A model generated the notes under the pieces. It worked only from the letters and a program-made list of their open reading frames with translations, was not told the origin of the DNA and ran no database searches. The translations under genes were made by a program, and so were the position numbers. A stretch of DNA of 64,000 bases from Thermoplasmatales archaeon (GTDB lineage Archaea > Thermoplasmatota > Thermoplasmata > Thermoplasmatales > Thermoplasmataceae): positions 96,001 through 160,000 of the forward strand of contig DAIDBH010000019.1 of NCBI GenBank assembly GCA_027310185.1, written 5' to 3'. Positions 30,775-40,321 of the stretch are shown piece after piece (the first letter of the stretch is position 1; every line of letters begins with the position of its first letter).

Positions 30775-30846
30775 CAGGTCCACCGGGAATCGAACCCGGA
30801 TCATGGGCTCCGGAGGCCCATATGATATCCTTTACACCACGGACCT
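30775..30846 (-). tRNA. tRNA-Arg(CCG)
   Basis: AGGTCCG/TGGACCT acceptor, TGGGC-CTCCGGA-GCCCA anticodon arm, CCGGG-TTCGATT-CCCGG T arm, A20 in D-loop. Confidence 0.92.
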
Positions 30847-31330
30847 ATCTTTTGTAACCTATATTTCTCAGAAATTCTCTTCTTTTTCTCTTATCAGGTT
30901 CTGTTTCAACTCCAAGGGGAGAAAAACCATCTATAACACCGAGGATTGAACCACCGTTTTCTCCCCTGAAGACAACCGCAGAAATAGGATTGGCAGTTGC
31001 AGCAAATATCGTCCCAACTTCCTGGCAACCCTTGATCGCATTTAAAACTGTGATTGGAAACGCATCTCTTATCAATATCAGAAAGGTATGTCCGCATTTT
31101 AGATTTAACATATTCCTGATGCCTGCCTGTTCCAGCTCTGAATCGTTTGATTCAAACCTTACAAGCCTGTCTCCTGAAGCTTCGGAAAAAGTTATGGAAT
31201 ATGATGCTTTAGGAACATATGTTTTCATTATTTCCTCAAGGTCTTCAACAGTCTTTATGAAATGTGAATATCCCAGTATGAGATTACAACCCTTAGGGTT
31301 TTCCAGTTTTACTTCTTCGATATTGTCCAT
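30845..31330 (-). CDS. Adenosine-specific kinase-like protein (DUF355)
   Basis: NLILGYSHFIKTVEDL, FSEASG, GHTF, ATANP, GVIDG, IGYKR. Confidence 0.85.
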   Translation of the reverse strand: MDNIEEVKLENPKGCNLILGYSHFIKTVEDLEEIMKTYVPKASYSITFSEASGDRLVRFESNDSELEQAGIRNMLNLKCGHTFLILIRDAFPITVLNAIKGCQEVGTIFAATANPISAVVFRGENGGSILGVIDGFSPLGVETEPDKRKRREFLRNIGYKR

Positions 31331-31378
31331 AAATAACCATGCCATCCTGAGTTTAATATTTTTCTAAATTATACATTA

Positions 31379-32041
31379 TCAGTTGAGCAGTTTTAATACG
31401 ATACTGCCGTAAATTATAAGAACAAAAACAACAAGAACATCCAGTAAACTGTCAGGTACTATATACACCAGCATAAGCAGTCCTATGAAGAGTGCAGAGG
31501 TTGGCTCTTTTTTGTAGTAGTCACTTAATGTTGATATTATACTGGTCATGTTCCTTACCAGACCTTTCCTGTTCAGATTGATAAGAATCACTGAAACATA
31601 TGCAACTATTGTGAAAAGTGCGCTGATGTAGCCCCCAACAAATGGAATATAGGCAAAAATTAGTGAAATAAATGAAATGAAAGCAGCAATGAGGAATATT
31701 TCTCCTTTGGATGATAATGAATCCGAAAGTGATGTTCTTATTGAAAAAGAACCCTTATCTACTAGATCAGAAACCGAGAAGGTTTGCCAGAATATTGCAA
31801 GGACCAGGAAAAAATCCACTATTATATCACCGACAAATTCCACAAGGAATAGGTCCACATGGTAAAGCGGGGTTGCTGATTTCAAATAGACGGATATTAT
31901 ATCAAACTCACTGGCGTCCACAAGGACACCAAATACAGCCAGAATTATGTATCCAAATATAAAAGGCAAAACGATTGATGGCTCTTTTTCAATGAAATCC
32001 ATTGCCTTCTTCAGCGAATAAGATTCATCAGGCATATTCAA
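31379..32041 (-). CDS. Hypothetical multi-pass membrane protein
   Basis: 220 aa with about 6 hydrophobic segments. Confidence 0.7.
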   Translation of the reverse strand: MNMPDESYSLKKAMDFIEKEPSIVLPFIFGYIILAVFGVLVDASEFDIISVYLKSATPLYHVDLFLVEFVGDIIVDFFLVLAIFWQTFSVSDLVDKGSFSIRTSLSDSLSSKGEIFLIAAFISFISLIFAYIPFVGGYISALFTIVAYVSVILINLNRKGLVRNMTSIISTLSDYYKKEPTSALFIGLLMLVYIVPDSLLDVLVVFVLIIYGSIVLKLLN

Positions 32042-32169
32042 CTACATTTTGATCTTTGATATATATTTTTATACAAATTTTTTCTTTTTTCCCAATAAAT
32101 ATCTTAATAATTTATACGTATAGATATTAAATTAGGATAATTTTTTAAACTATTTCGCATAACAAGGTA

Positions 32170-33216
32170 GTGGATGCAGATTTTGACTACGAAACCGTTG
32201 TAATTGGGGCGGGCACTGGTGGTTTATCAGCTGGTTGCGTTTTAAAAAATCAGAAAAGAGATTATGTAATTCTTGACAAGAAGGATGACATAGGACTACC
32301 TGTAAGGTCTACGGGGGCCGTATCACTTGAATGGGTTAAGAAAATCGGCATGCCAACTGCAGAGGAAGTAGTGGCTTCTAACATTTACAATATGTCATTC
32401 AGAACAGTTAAAGGTAAAAGAATTGATCTTAATTTTGATCATCCAGTTGGCATGGTATACGACTTCACAAAATATGAAAAATATCTTTCTTCTGGTTTTG
32501 CAGGACAGCTCAATATCAAGATGAAAACAACCGTGAACGAAGTTAATGGAAATAAGATTAACACTAGCGATGGAATTTTAACTGCAAAAAATATCATAAT
32601 GGCTGCCGGACCGCAATCTAATCTTGGCTCAAAACTAACCAAGACACAGGCACTTGTAGCATATGAGGAAACCAGGGCACTTGAAGAGAGAAATGACTTT
32701 CAGATGATACTGTGGTTTAGTGATCTTGCCCCTGGCGGTTACTTCTGGGACTTTGCTGACTCAAAAAATACCAGAAAGATTGGTGTTTGTTATTACCCGC
32801 TTAACGGGGAGGCACCAAAAAGTGTACTGAAAAAATTTACCGATAAATTCCCAGAGGTTGACGGAGAGGTAGTTCATACCATGGCTCATCAGATCCCGTT
32901 GACAAAGCCATCAGATCAGGTGGTAAGGGAAAATCAGCTGTGGGTAGGTGATATGGTTAATGCTGTCCTCAACACAACTGCTGGAGGTCTTCAGGGTGCG
33001 TTCTGGTCAGGAAAGGAAGCAGCCTTAGCAATTGCCAATAACGATCTTGAGCAGTACCAGAAAATATGGGATAGCCAGATAAGGCCATGGCTAATGAAGC
33101 ACAACCAATTACACTCTAAGATTCACGCAAAAGGAGAAAAAAGTGTAGGTAGATATATTACTCTGGCAAAGATCATGCCAAAGTCAATTAAGATGAAGGT
33201 TTTTGGAGGTTTATAA
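32170..33216 (+). CDS. Geranylgeranyl reductase family FAD oxidoreductase
   Basis: VIGAGTGG, APGGYFWDF (PxxYxWxF), VGD...TTAGG. Confidence 0.82.
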   Translation: MDADFDYETVVIGAGTGGLSAGCVLKNQKRDYVILDKKDDIGLPVRSTGAVSLEWVKKIGMPTAEEVVASNIYNMSFRTVKGKRIDLNFDHPVGMVYDFTKYEKYLSSGFAGQLNIKMKTTVNEVNGNKINTSDGILTAKNIIMAAGPQSNLGSKLTKTQALVAYEETRALEERNDFQMILWFSDLAPGGYFWDFADSKNTRKIGVCYYPLNGEAPKSVLKKFTDKFPEVDGEVVHTMAHQIPLTKPSDQVVRENQLWVGDMVNAVLNTTAGGLQGAFWSGKEAALAIANNDLEQYQKIWDSQIRPWLMKHNQLHSKIHAKGEKSVGRYITLAKIMPKSIKMKVFGGL

Positions 33217-33338
33217 TTTTATATAATAAATATAACCTTAATGCGCACTCTTTTTATTTGTTAAATTGTCACAAAAAAGCAGCTTTCCTTCTGTAGTCTT
33301 TAAAAAATGTTTATAAACAATACCTGCATTTTGAACAT

Positions 33339-34385
33339 ATGGATGCGAAAGGATATGCGGCACAGGAAGCTGGAGGAAAATTATCACCATTTGAGTTCGA
33401 AAGACGTGGACTTCGAGATAAGGATGTTTTAATCGATATAAAGTACTGTGGAATCTGCCATTCAGACATTCATCAGGTAAATAATGATTGGGGAGGAGCA
33501 TCATATCCGATGGTTCCAGGACATGAAATAGTTGGGATTGTAAACAGCGTTGGCAACGGTGTTACAAAATTTAAACCTGGAGATAGGGTTGGCGTAGGGT
33601 GCATGGTTGATTCATGTGGTCAGTGCGAACCATGTAAGATGGGACTACAGCAATACTGTGAAAATGGTGCAACATTTACCTATAGTTCAAAAGATAAAGT
33701 AAGCGGTGGGGTCACTTACGGAGGATACTCGGATAAGATAGTTGTTGTTGAGAATTTTGTTCTTAAAGTTTCGGAGAAACTTGATTTTGCAGCTACTGCT
33801 CCTTTACTATGCGCAGGTATTACGACATATTCTCCATTGAAACACTGGAAAGTTAAACCTGGTCAGACAGTTGGCGTTGCAGGGTTAGGAGGACTTGGTC
33901 ATATGGCTGTTAAGTTAGCTAAATCTATGGGAGCAAACGTTGTTGTTTTAACAACTTCGGAAAAGAAGAAGGATGAGGCAAAGAGACTTGGAGCGGATAA
34001 AGTGATCATGTCCAGGGATATGGAAGAAATGAAGAAAAACAGAATGTCAATGGATCTCATAATTGATACTATACCTGCACCACACGATATGAATCTCTAT
34101 ATATCACTTCTGAAGATTGATGGCAGCATTGTTCTTGTTGGATTGCCGGAAAAGGAATCTCAACATGTTATTTCTGCAGGTTCACTGATAAATGGAAGAA
34201 GGTCGGTCAGCGGATCAAATATAGGTGGGATAGAAGAAACGCAGGAGATGTTAGATTATTGCGATCAGCACAATATTGTTTCAGACATAGAGCTCATACC
34301 AATGTCAATGGTCAATGAAGCGTATATACGAACAGTGAATTCAGATGTAAAGTACCGGTTTGTTATTGACATGAGTACACTATAG
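33339..34385 (+). CDS. Zn-dependent NADP alcohol dehydrogenase (cinnamyl-ADH type)
   Basis: CGICHSD, GHEIVG, CxxCxxC...C, APLLCAG, GLGGLG, YRFVID. Confidence 0.92.
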   Translation: MDAKGYAAQEAGGKLSPFEFERRGLRDKDVLIDIKYCGICHSDIHQVNNDWGGASYPMVPGHEIVGIVNSVGNGVTKFKPGDRVGVGCMVDSCGQCEPCKMGLQQYCENGATFTYSSKDKVSGGVTYGGYSDKIVVVENFVLKVSEKLDFAATAPLLCAGITTYSPLKHWKVKPGQTVGVAGLGGLGHMAVKLAKSMGANVVVLTTSEKKKDEAKRLGADKVIMSRDMEEMKKNRMSMDLIIDTIPAPHDMNLYISLLKIDGSIVLVGLPEKESQHVISAGSLINGRRSVSGSNIGGIEETQEMLDYCDQHNIVSDIELIPMSMVNEAYIRTVNSDVKYRFVIDMSTL

Positions 34386-34495
34386 TCAATATAAATAAAT
34401 ATCCAGAAGTCTACTACTATCTACCAATTTTTCCTTATTTGAACACGTACTTCTAAAGAAAGGTAAATATGCAATATTCCATTACGGAAATTTGT

Positions 34496-34567
34496 GGATA
34501 GGTGGCAGAGAGGTTATGCGTAAGACTGCAGATCTTATTTATTAGGGTTCAAATCCCTACCTATCCT
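34496..34567 (+). tRNA. tRNA-Cys(GCA)
   Basis: GGATAGG/CCTATCC acceptor with U73, TAAGA-CTGCAGA-TCTTA anticodon arm, TAGGG-TTCAAAT-CCCTA T arm. Confidence 0.92.
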
Positions 34568-34643
34568 TATAATGTTGCTTAGTATCATACATGCGTTAAT
34601 TATCTCCCCGCACCTTTTATTACACAATAGATGGCAACTGCTT

Positions 34644-35216
34644 TCAAATATTTTCGGCAGAACCCGTTGGCATTAATTCTAATACTTGTATTTTCTGATA
34701 TTTGTTTTCGAGTAATTTATATACTCTCAGCGACTTAACAATGAACGGCTGAAAGTCAGGAAAATATTTGTTGGCCAACTTCATCATTTCTGACAACTCA
34801 ATTTCACTCATCCCATATTCTTTAGACCCTAGAGTCAAATGTGGTTCGTAAAGATCAAGTTCGTAGTATCTCTTACTAATTTCCGGATTGGGGTGAATTG
34901 CTTCCACAATCTTGCGATGCAGCTCATTAATTCTATGGGGTTCCACGCCAAGGTAAACAACAGAATTTCCGAAAGATTTTACTCCCTTTATGGACAAGTT
35001 AAAGATAGGGAAGGTACTGCAAATGGCTTTGATAGAATCTATCCAGCATTCATCTTCATTCAGACAAGCCTGCGATTTGACGGTTACGTGAGGTTCTACA
35101 AAATCTGGTAAGGTATTACTTGACCACTTTCTTTGGAATTCCGTTATTTCTTCAGCATATTTCTTTGGTGGTACGATAGCAATAAAATATTCCACACTCA
35201 CTGATGTATATGACAA
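34644..35216 (-). CDS. 2H phosphoesterase (2'-5' RNA ligase superfamily)
   Basis: Two HxT motifs: EPHVTVK and EPHLTLG. Confidence 0.82.
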   Translation of the reverse strand: MSYTSVSVEYFIAIVPPKKYAEEITEFQRKWSSNTLPDFVEPHVTVKSQACLNEDECWIDSIKAICSTFPIFNLSIKGVKSFGNSVVYLGVEPHRINELHRKIVEAIHPNPEISKRYYELDLYEPHLTLGSKEYGMSEIELSEMMKLANKYFPDFQPFIVKSLRVYKLLENKYQKIQVLELMPTGSAENI

Positions 35217-35419
35217 TAGTTGCTATAAAGCTATTTTCATAAAACCAATATAGATATCCTCAGGGAAGGCAAACAACACAACTTTTTTTGTGTGGTTACG
35301 CTGTTTCCAAAGTACGATCTGCAAAATCCAAAAATACCTTTTATGGGAGACTAAATCATTCCAGTTAACAATTTATTCCCTTACAAAATACTTAAATCAG
35401 TATTTATAGTTCATGTTTA

Positions 35420-35596
35420 GTGAAATTTACAATTATATTTGAACAACAAGATGATGTCGGGTTTAATGTGTCCGTACCGGCACTTCCAGGTTGCATATCT
35501 GAAGGTAAGGAAAGAGAAGAGGCTCTCAAAAATATCAAGGAAGCAATAGAACTGTATCTGGAAGTTTTAAAGGAAGATGGAAAAACTACGCCTTAG
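35420..35596 (+). pseudogene. HicB-family antitoxin, short or prematurely stopped (not in ORF track)
   Basis: GTG start reads MKFTIIFEQQDDVGFNVSVPALPGCISEGKEREEALKNIKEAIELYLEVLKEDGKTTP*; no intact hicA. Confidence 0.75.
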
Positions 35597-35739
35597 GTAG
35601 TTAGCAAGGAAGTTACCCCGTATTCCAAAATTTGTGGTAGAATTCTCACAAAAACATCATTGAAATGTTCTTACAATCTTCCTCTTATCAATCTCATGTA
35701 GTAAGCATCACTAAGTTACACTTAGCAGCGGTTACAATA

Positions 35740-36000
35740 TCAATTATAAACTTCGCCCTTTTGTTCAAATCTCAATAAAATAATGGAATTTCCATTTATT
35801 GCATATATTAACCTAAACAGGGCTATTCTGATGGTGCTCTCACCCTTCAAAGCATATTTGAGTGGCTTTCCAATTTCTGGGTTTTCTATTATTCTTTTAA
35901 TTTTCTTCTCCAGTCTCCCTTTGATTTTCTTATCCATCACTTTCTTTACTTCGTGTTCAAATTTAGAAGTGTAGACAATACTGTTTATACGTATTACCAT
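35740..36000 (-). CDS. RelE/ParE-family toxin
   Basis: IVYTSKF...IIENPEIGKPLKYALKG..RIALFRLIY; overlaps antitoxin stop. Confidence 0.8.
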   Translation of the reverse strand: MVIRINSIVYTSKFEHEVKKVMDKKIKGRLEKKIKRIIENPEIGKPLKYALKGESTIRIALFRLIYAINGNSIILLRFEQKGEVYN

Positions 36001-36287
36001 TCTTTTAACTCTTCGAAGAAATCATCTTTGGAAAGGACCTTATACTTCCCTTTATCAATGTCCTCCCATGCTTCCTCAATGAGTCTTAGTGTTTTAATAT
36101 CTTCAGGAGATACGCTTGAGCTAACTCTTTTCAAGACAATCAAATCATCTTGTGCAGTAACTGCAAGAAAGCTTCCCATGCCAATATGGAGTTTCTTGCG
36201 TATATTAGATGGAATAACGATCTGCCCCTTTGAACTAGTTTTAATGAACTCAGTTTCGATTTTTTCTTTGCTCAAGATTGTAATCAT
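35994..36287 (-). CDS. AbrB/MazE/SpoVT-family antitoxin
   Basis: SSKGQIVIPSNIRKKLHI..G; acidic C-terminus EEAWEDIDKG. Confidence 0.85.
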   Translation of the reverse strand: MITILSKEKIETEFIKTSSKGQIVIPSNIRKKLHIGMGSFLAVTAQDDLIVLKRVSSSVSPEDIKTLRLIEEAWEDIDKGKYKVLSKDDFFEELKEW

Positions 36288-36721
36288 TTCTTACTTTCAA
36301 ATAAACATTTTTATTTGACTCTTGGCAATATACAAATTCTTAACATATAACATTGGGAGAAAGATCACACACCTTGAATAACCATCCTAATTCTACAAAC
36401 AATAATACTGAATTTCAAACCAAGAAAAGACAAATCCTTTTTTTGGAAACAATTTTTGGCCATTGAAAAATTCAAAAAAAAATGATCTTAGAATCACAGT
36501 CCTGATTCGTGAGTAGAATTCAAGTAAGAAACATTTTTCTTAATGTTCAAAGGAAGGGGTTCATTGAACTTGTTCATTTAGTATCCACTGAATTAAATAA
36601 CCGAATTCCTACTTATCCTTAGAAACTTGTTTAATCACTTTTTGCTTAAATAAATACGCTTGCTGAAGATCTATATATAGTAAATGCTTGTAAATTAAGT
36701 CAATATGAGGTGGATATTGGA

Positions 36722-37362
36722 TTGAAAAGTCGCTATGGTAGCTGGAGCATTAAGAGGAGCAGGACGCGGTATAGCAATAGAAATGTGTAGAGTGGTTGAG
36801 TATGTGTATCAAACAGGAAGAAGTTCAAAATTATCGGGAAGATCTGAAATAGGTTGCCCAGAGACTATTGAGAATACCGGTTGGATTGATGATAGAGAAT
36901 GTAGGAATGGATGAAGCCCTTAAGGTGGATCATCTCGACATTGAAGCAATCAGGGTCCTTGTTAATAAGGTTGAAAGAGATAATAAAAAACTTGACATTC
37001 TCATAAACGACATTTATGGTGGAGGTCGATACATGGAGCTGGACAGGAAACTATGGGAACATGATATAATGGGCAGATTTAGAACGCTCTGAATAGAGAT
37101 TGAGACCCATCTCATAACAGATACAATAGTCAATTCACTAATTCCTCAAACTGGTTATGGAACCGTAGTGGAGATGACAGGCGGCAATTTTGAATATAAC
37201 AAGAATTACCGTAAGGATGACGGGTTTTATTATGACATGGGCAAAGCTGCAGTAGGTAGAATAGTAACCGGACTCAGTGTAGAACTTAAGGACAGGACTT
37301 GCACAACAATAGGGGTGACTACTGGGTGGTTACGTTCAGAAGCAATGCTTGAAAACCTGTAA
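36722..37362 (+). pseudogene. Short-chain dehydrogenase (SDR) pseudogene
   Basis: KVAMVAGALRGAGRGIA...YQTGRS, LDILINDIYGG, YYDMGKAAV (YxxxK) and GWLRSE spread over several frames. Confidence 0.8.
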
Positions 37363-37541
37363 GAATTATATGAGAAGATCTTGTCTAGAATCGGTCAAAC
37401 CGAGGAATATTATATCCTTCATTACGTATCATTTTTAACAATTGTTGATAGTTTTTACCAAAAGCAAAATGATAATAAAAATAATAACAGGTAATGAACC
37501 GAACGCATAGTATATATCTGTGATATGCCATACAGTAGTGT

Positions 37542-37769
37542 ATGACACGACTTGTAAGTATACGTGTGGATGATAAGATACTGGCAGAAGCTAGGAGATT
37601 GAAGATAAATTACTCAGAGGTTATGAGAGAATCACTGAAGAAAGAAATAGAGAGAAGAAATGACAAAGACTTCTTAGAAAGTCTTTCTAGGATACATGAA
37701 ATACTAAAGAACGTTGACCGCAACCAGCTTCTAAGTGATTTGAGAAAAGATAGAGATCAAAGGCAATAG
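37542..37769 (+). CDS. VapB-like RHH antitoxin
   Basis: VSIRVDDK...INYSEVMRESL; directly upstream of PIN gene. Confidence 0.8.
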   Translation: MTRLVSIRVDDKILAEARRLKINYSEVMRESLKKEIERRNDKDFLESLSRIHEILKNVDRNQLLSDLRKDRDQRQ

Positions 37770-37771
37770 AG

Positions 37772-38197
37772 TTGGATTCGAGCTATATTTTGGATTCGAG
37801 TTCACTCTTCACCCTATTCTTCATGGATTCGAAGGAAGGCGTCCGAGAAATTATGAAAGAATCATATGTGCTGGATCTGACTGGATATGAGATCGGAAGC
37901 ATCCTGACAAAGGGAAATGATGGCCACATAAAAGGGCTTGAAAGAAAACTAATATTAGATTTAACAAAAGAAATTGAGAAGGTGGTTGCCAAAATCAGAG
38001 TGATCAAGCTTGAACCCTTGGATATCGCAGAGATAATGAAACTTTCACTCTCAACAGGACTTACATTTTATGACGCATCATATGTTTTCTACTGCAAATT
38101 ACATCAAGTGGCTTTACTGACTGATGACAAAGAAATGTATAGAGAGGCTTTAAAGCTGGGATTGAAGGTAAAGAAGATTGAAGAGGTTTTCAGTTGA
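37772..38197 (+). CDS. VapC/PIN-domain toxin
   Basis: YILDSS, YEIG, LTFYDASY, LLTDD acidic PIN residues. Confidence 0.85.
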   Translation: MDSSYILDSSSLFTLFFMDSKEGVREIMKESYVLDLTGYEIGSILTKGNDGHIKGLERKLILDLTKEIEKVVAKIRVIKLEPLDIAEIMKLSLSTGLTFYDASYVFYCKLHQVALLTDDKEMYREALKLGLKVKKIEEVFS

Positions 38198-38289
38198 GGC
38201 GGGTACAATTTCAGATTAACAGAAAATCAACTATGAAGAGACAATGTCTTGCAAGTTTTCAATATCTACTTAATTGGATAAACAACGCG

Positions 38290-38300
38290 CTACCTATCCT
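38290..38300 (+). repeat. 11-bp direct repeat of the tRNA-Cys 3' end (candidate att remnant)
   Basis: CTACCTATCCT identical to 34557-34567. Confidence 0.45.
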
Positions 38301-38373
38301 CTTTCACTTGATTCAGCCGGTTCAAACGTAAAATTCCTGGTCAATACGTTTTTATAAAACCTATTTATAAAGA

Positions 38374-38874
38374 ATGATGACTGCAGAACTTTTGCTGAGA
38401 AAGCCTGTAGAAGCAGACATTGAAAGTATGTACATTATGCTGAAAAATTCACTAAGTCCGTATCTGACGGTTAACAACTATTCTTCTAAAAATCTCCAAT
38501 TGATCATTGATAGAAATATAGTTGAGGATTATGTGAAAAAGGATGTTTATCTGTGCATGGTCGCTGAGATCAATTTAGAAATTGCAGGATGGCTGGCTGG
38601 AAGCAGCAAGACCGACATTCTCTCTGAGCATAGCTGTTCATTAGGGGATTTTTATATCGAAGAGATAGTAGTCGGTTCTCACTACAGAAGAAAAGGCATC
38701 GGTAGCTTTCTGTTAAGAGGAATACCAAAGGATCAGTTGAAAGCTATTGTCGTAGATACGCCACTGATTAATAAACAAGCTATTGAATTTTACGAGAAAA
38801 GCGGATTCGTAAAGGTTCTCGGACTATCAGAAGAATTCCATAGGACATGGACCAGAATGTCAAAACCTGTCTGA
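38374..38874 (+). CDS. GNAT family N-acetyltransferase
   Basis: IEEIVVGSHYRRKGIGSFLL, NKQAIEFYEKSGF. Confidence 0.85.
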   Translation: MMTAELLLRKPVEADIESMYIMLKNSLSPYLTVNNYSSKNLQLIIDRNIVEDYVKKDVYLCMVAEINLEIAGWLAGSSKTDILSEHSCSLGDFYIEEIVVGSHYRRKGIGSFLLRGIPKDQLKAIVVDTPLINKQAIEFYEKSGFVKVLGLSEEFHRTWTRMSKPV

Positions 38875-38891
38875 ACGCATTTGCCTGGGAT

Positions 38892-39151
38892 TTACAAGTC
38901 ATCATAATCATTCTTTCTGTTTCCCACATCAATGAAAAGTATTACGAGTTTCTCCCTTTATATACTCATGATTACCCCTTACTTTCCTGTTCTCAGGCTA
39001 TAAAGTGGGACCCCCTTGAGACTTTTAATGTAATGAAACGGATTCTTGCTGACAAACTTCATCTTTTCCAAAATTCTTTCGGCGTCAATCCATTCCATTT
39101 CTCCAAGAACCGGGCAGTTGTTTCTGTCCATTTGACCTCATAATCAGGCAA
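38892..39151 (-). pseudogene. RelE-family toxin pseudogene (frameshift plus two internal stops)
   Basis: MPDYEVKWTETTARFLEK / IDAERILEKMKFVSKNPFHYIKSLKGVPLYSLRTGK*GVIMSI*REKLVILFIDVGNRKNDYDDL. Confidence 0.8.
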
Positions 39152-39374
39152 TTTTTAGCCTCTTCCTCACTTCATCAGTTGTATATACCCTACTCTCTTT
39201 AATGTCTTTCAGTGACATTTCTATCATCTCAATTGTATCTTTAGAAAGGGGTTCCTGGTCCTCTGCCTGTTCTGAAAGTCTTCTTATGACTGAATCGTAA
39301 GACTCGTTTGGGTAGAGTCTCAAAGCATTGAGCCTTTCCTTAAGGTCCTTTTTAATTTGAATAGTTGTCTCCAC
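39144..39374 (-). CDS. RHH-type antitoxin partner of the RelE pseudogene
   Basis: GTG start METTIQIKKDLKERLNAL...ESYDSVIRRL...YTTDEVRKRL; overlaps toxin start. Confidence 0.78.
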   Translation of the reverse strand: METTIQIKKDLKERLNALRLYPNESYDSVIRRLSEQAEDQEPLSKDTIEMIEMSLKDIKESRVYTTDEVRKRLKIA

Positions 39375-39708
39375 ATTAATATAATTATACGTATATAGAT
39401 AATGTTTACTACAGGTAGTTATAACAAGACGAAGCAGCTTATGGGTACTATCCACGTAATTAAATAATCGAATCACTATCTATTCTCTGTTCTATCGTAA
39501 TATGTTTTTGAATATATCTCTAGGAACGAAAATTTGATTGGGGTGAGCTTCACTAAATAAAACAGTTGATTGCATGCATTTGTGACCTATTGTAATAGTA
39601 TTTTTCTGCTCAATCAAAAGTAATCAAGACATTTGTAGCAATTAAACATCACTCGCAAAATTTATTTGCGTCTAATTTACCTTTCGCATTAATTTTGGAT
39701 TTATCATT

Positions 39709-39940
39709 CTATTTCATGATCTTAACATTCCCACTTCTAAGGTAGGCGAGAGCTTTGTACTGATTAATTAGGACTTCATCGTTGGCCACACTTATTCCAA
39801 ATATTAGGAGATCACTATCACTTATCATCTCTCCACTTGACTTTAACTTTTTCGATAGGCATTCGCCCTTGCCTTAGCTGACGAGTCGTTAGAATGATAT
39901 ACTCGAAGGTTTTGTATCACATCTTCCATGATTTTTCTAC
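39709..39940 (-). pseudogene. VapC/PIN toxin remnant (C-terminal half, frameshifted)
   Basis: MEDVIQNLRVYHSNDSSAKARANAYR / KLKSSGEMISDSDLLIFGISVANDEVLI, resembling the PIN C-terminal G..I...DLLIA...N..L pattern. Confidence 0.6.
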
Positions 39941-39952
39941 TAGTTTACCAGA

Positions 39953-40321
39953 TTATTTTGTACCTTTAATCGATCTTAAGACATGAAAGCGTATGCAATC
40001 CATTATGCGATCATGATGATTAGAACGATGTAGGGCCACGTAATCTAGAATTTTACCCTGTAAGGGAATAACATTTGGATTTGATATGATTGCTTCAAAT
40101 ACCGATTTTGGGTCGGGGACCTTCTGTAACTTATGGCCCGAGACTGACTCTTCTATGAATTTATCGGTATCAATAATCCATTGTGCTATAGTTCGCTCTA
40201 TGTCATCTCTATTTATTGAAAGCTTTTTGCTAATAAATTTCACTGACTTATTTTCGCACCTTAGACGTGCAATCTCTTCTTCTCGTTTAGGATTCATGCC
40301 TGCAAAGTCTATGGCAAACAA
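39953..40321 (-). CDS. Hypothetical protein with N-terminal HTH-like segment
   Basis: EIARLR...SVKFISKKLSINRDDIER. Confidence 0.55.
   Translation of the reverse strand: MFAIDFAGMNPKREEEIARLRCENKSVKFISKKLSINRDDIERTIAQWIIDTDKFIEESVSGHKLQKVPDPKSVFEAIISNPNVIPLQGKILDYVALHRSNHHDRIMDCIRFHVLRSIKGTK

Noticed and set aside
29864-32041. Membrane protein 31379-32041 as permease for the orphan ABC ATPase
   Set aside because: Opposite strand, separated by two genes, and no permease signature
35597-35670. Possible hicA remnant after hicB
   Set aside because: Only vague resemblance (KICGRILTK); no HicA GSH motif
37772-37833. Three TGGATTCGA copies at the start of vapC
   Set aside because: Explained by coding for repeated (M/L)DS; not CRISPR-like in length or spacing
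38847-39143. 98-aa plus-strand ORF
   Set aside because: Antisense shadow of the RelE pseudogene
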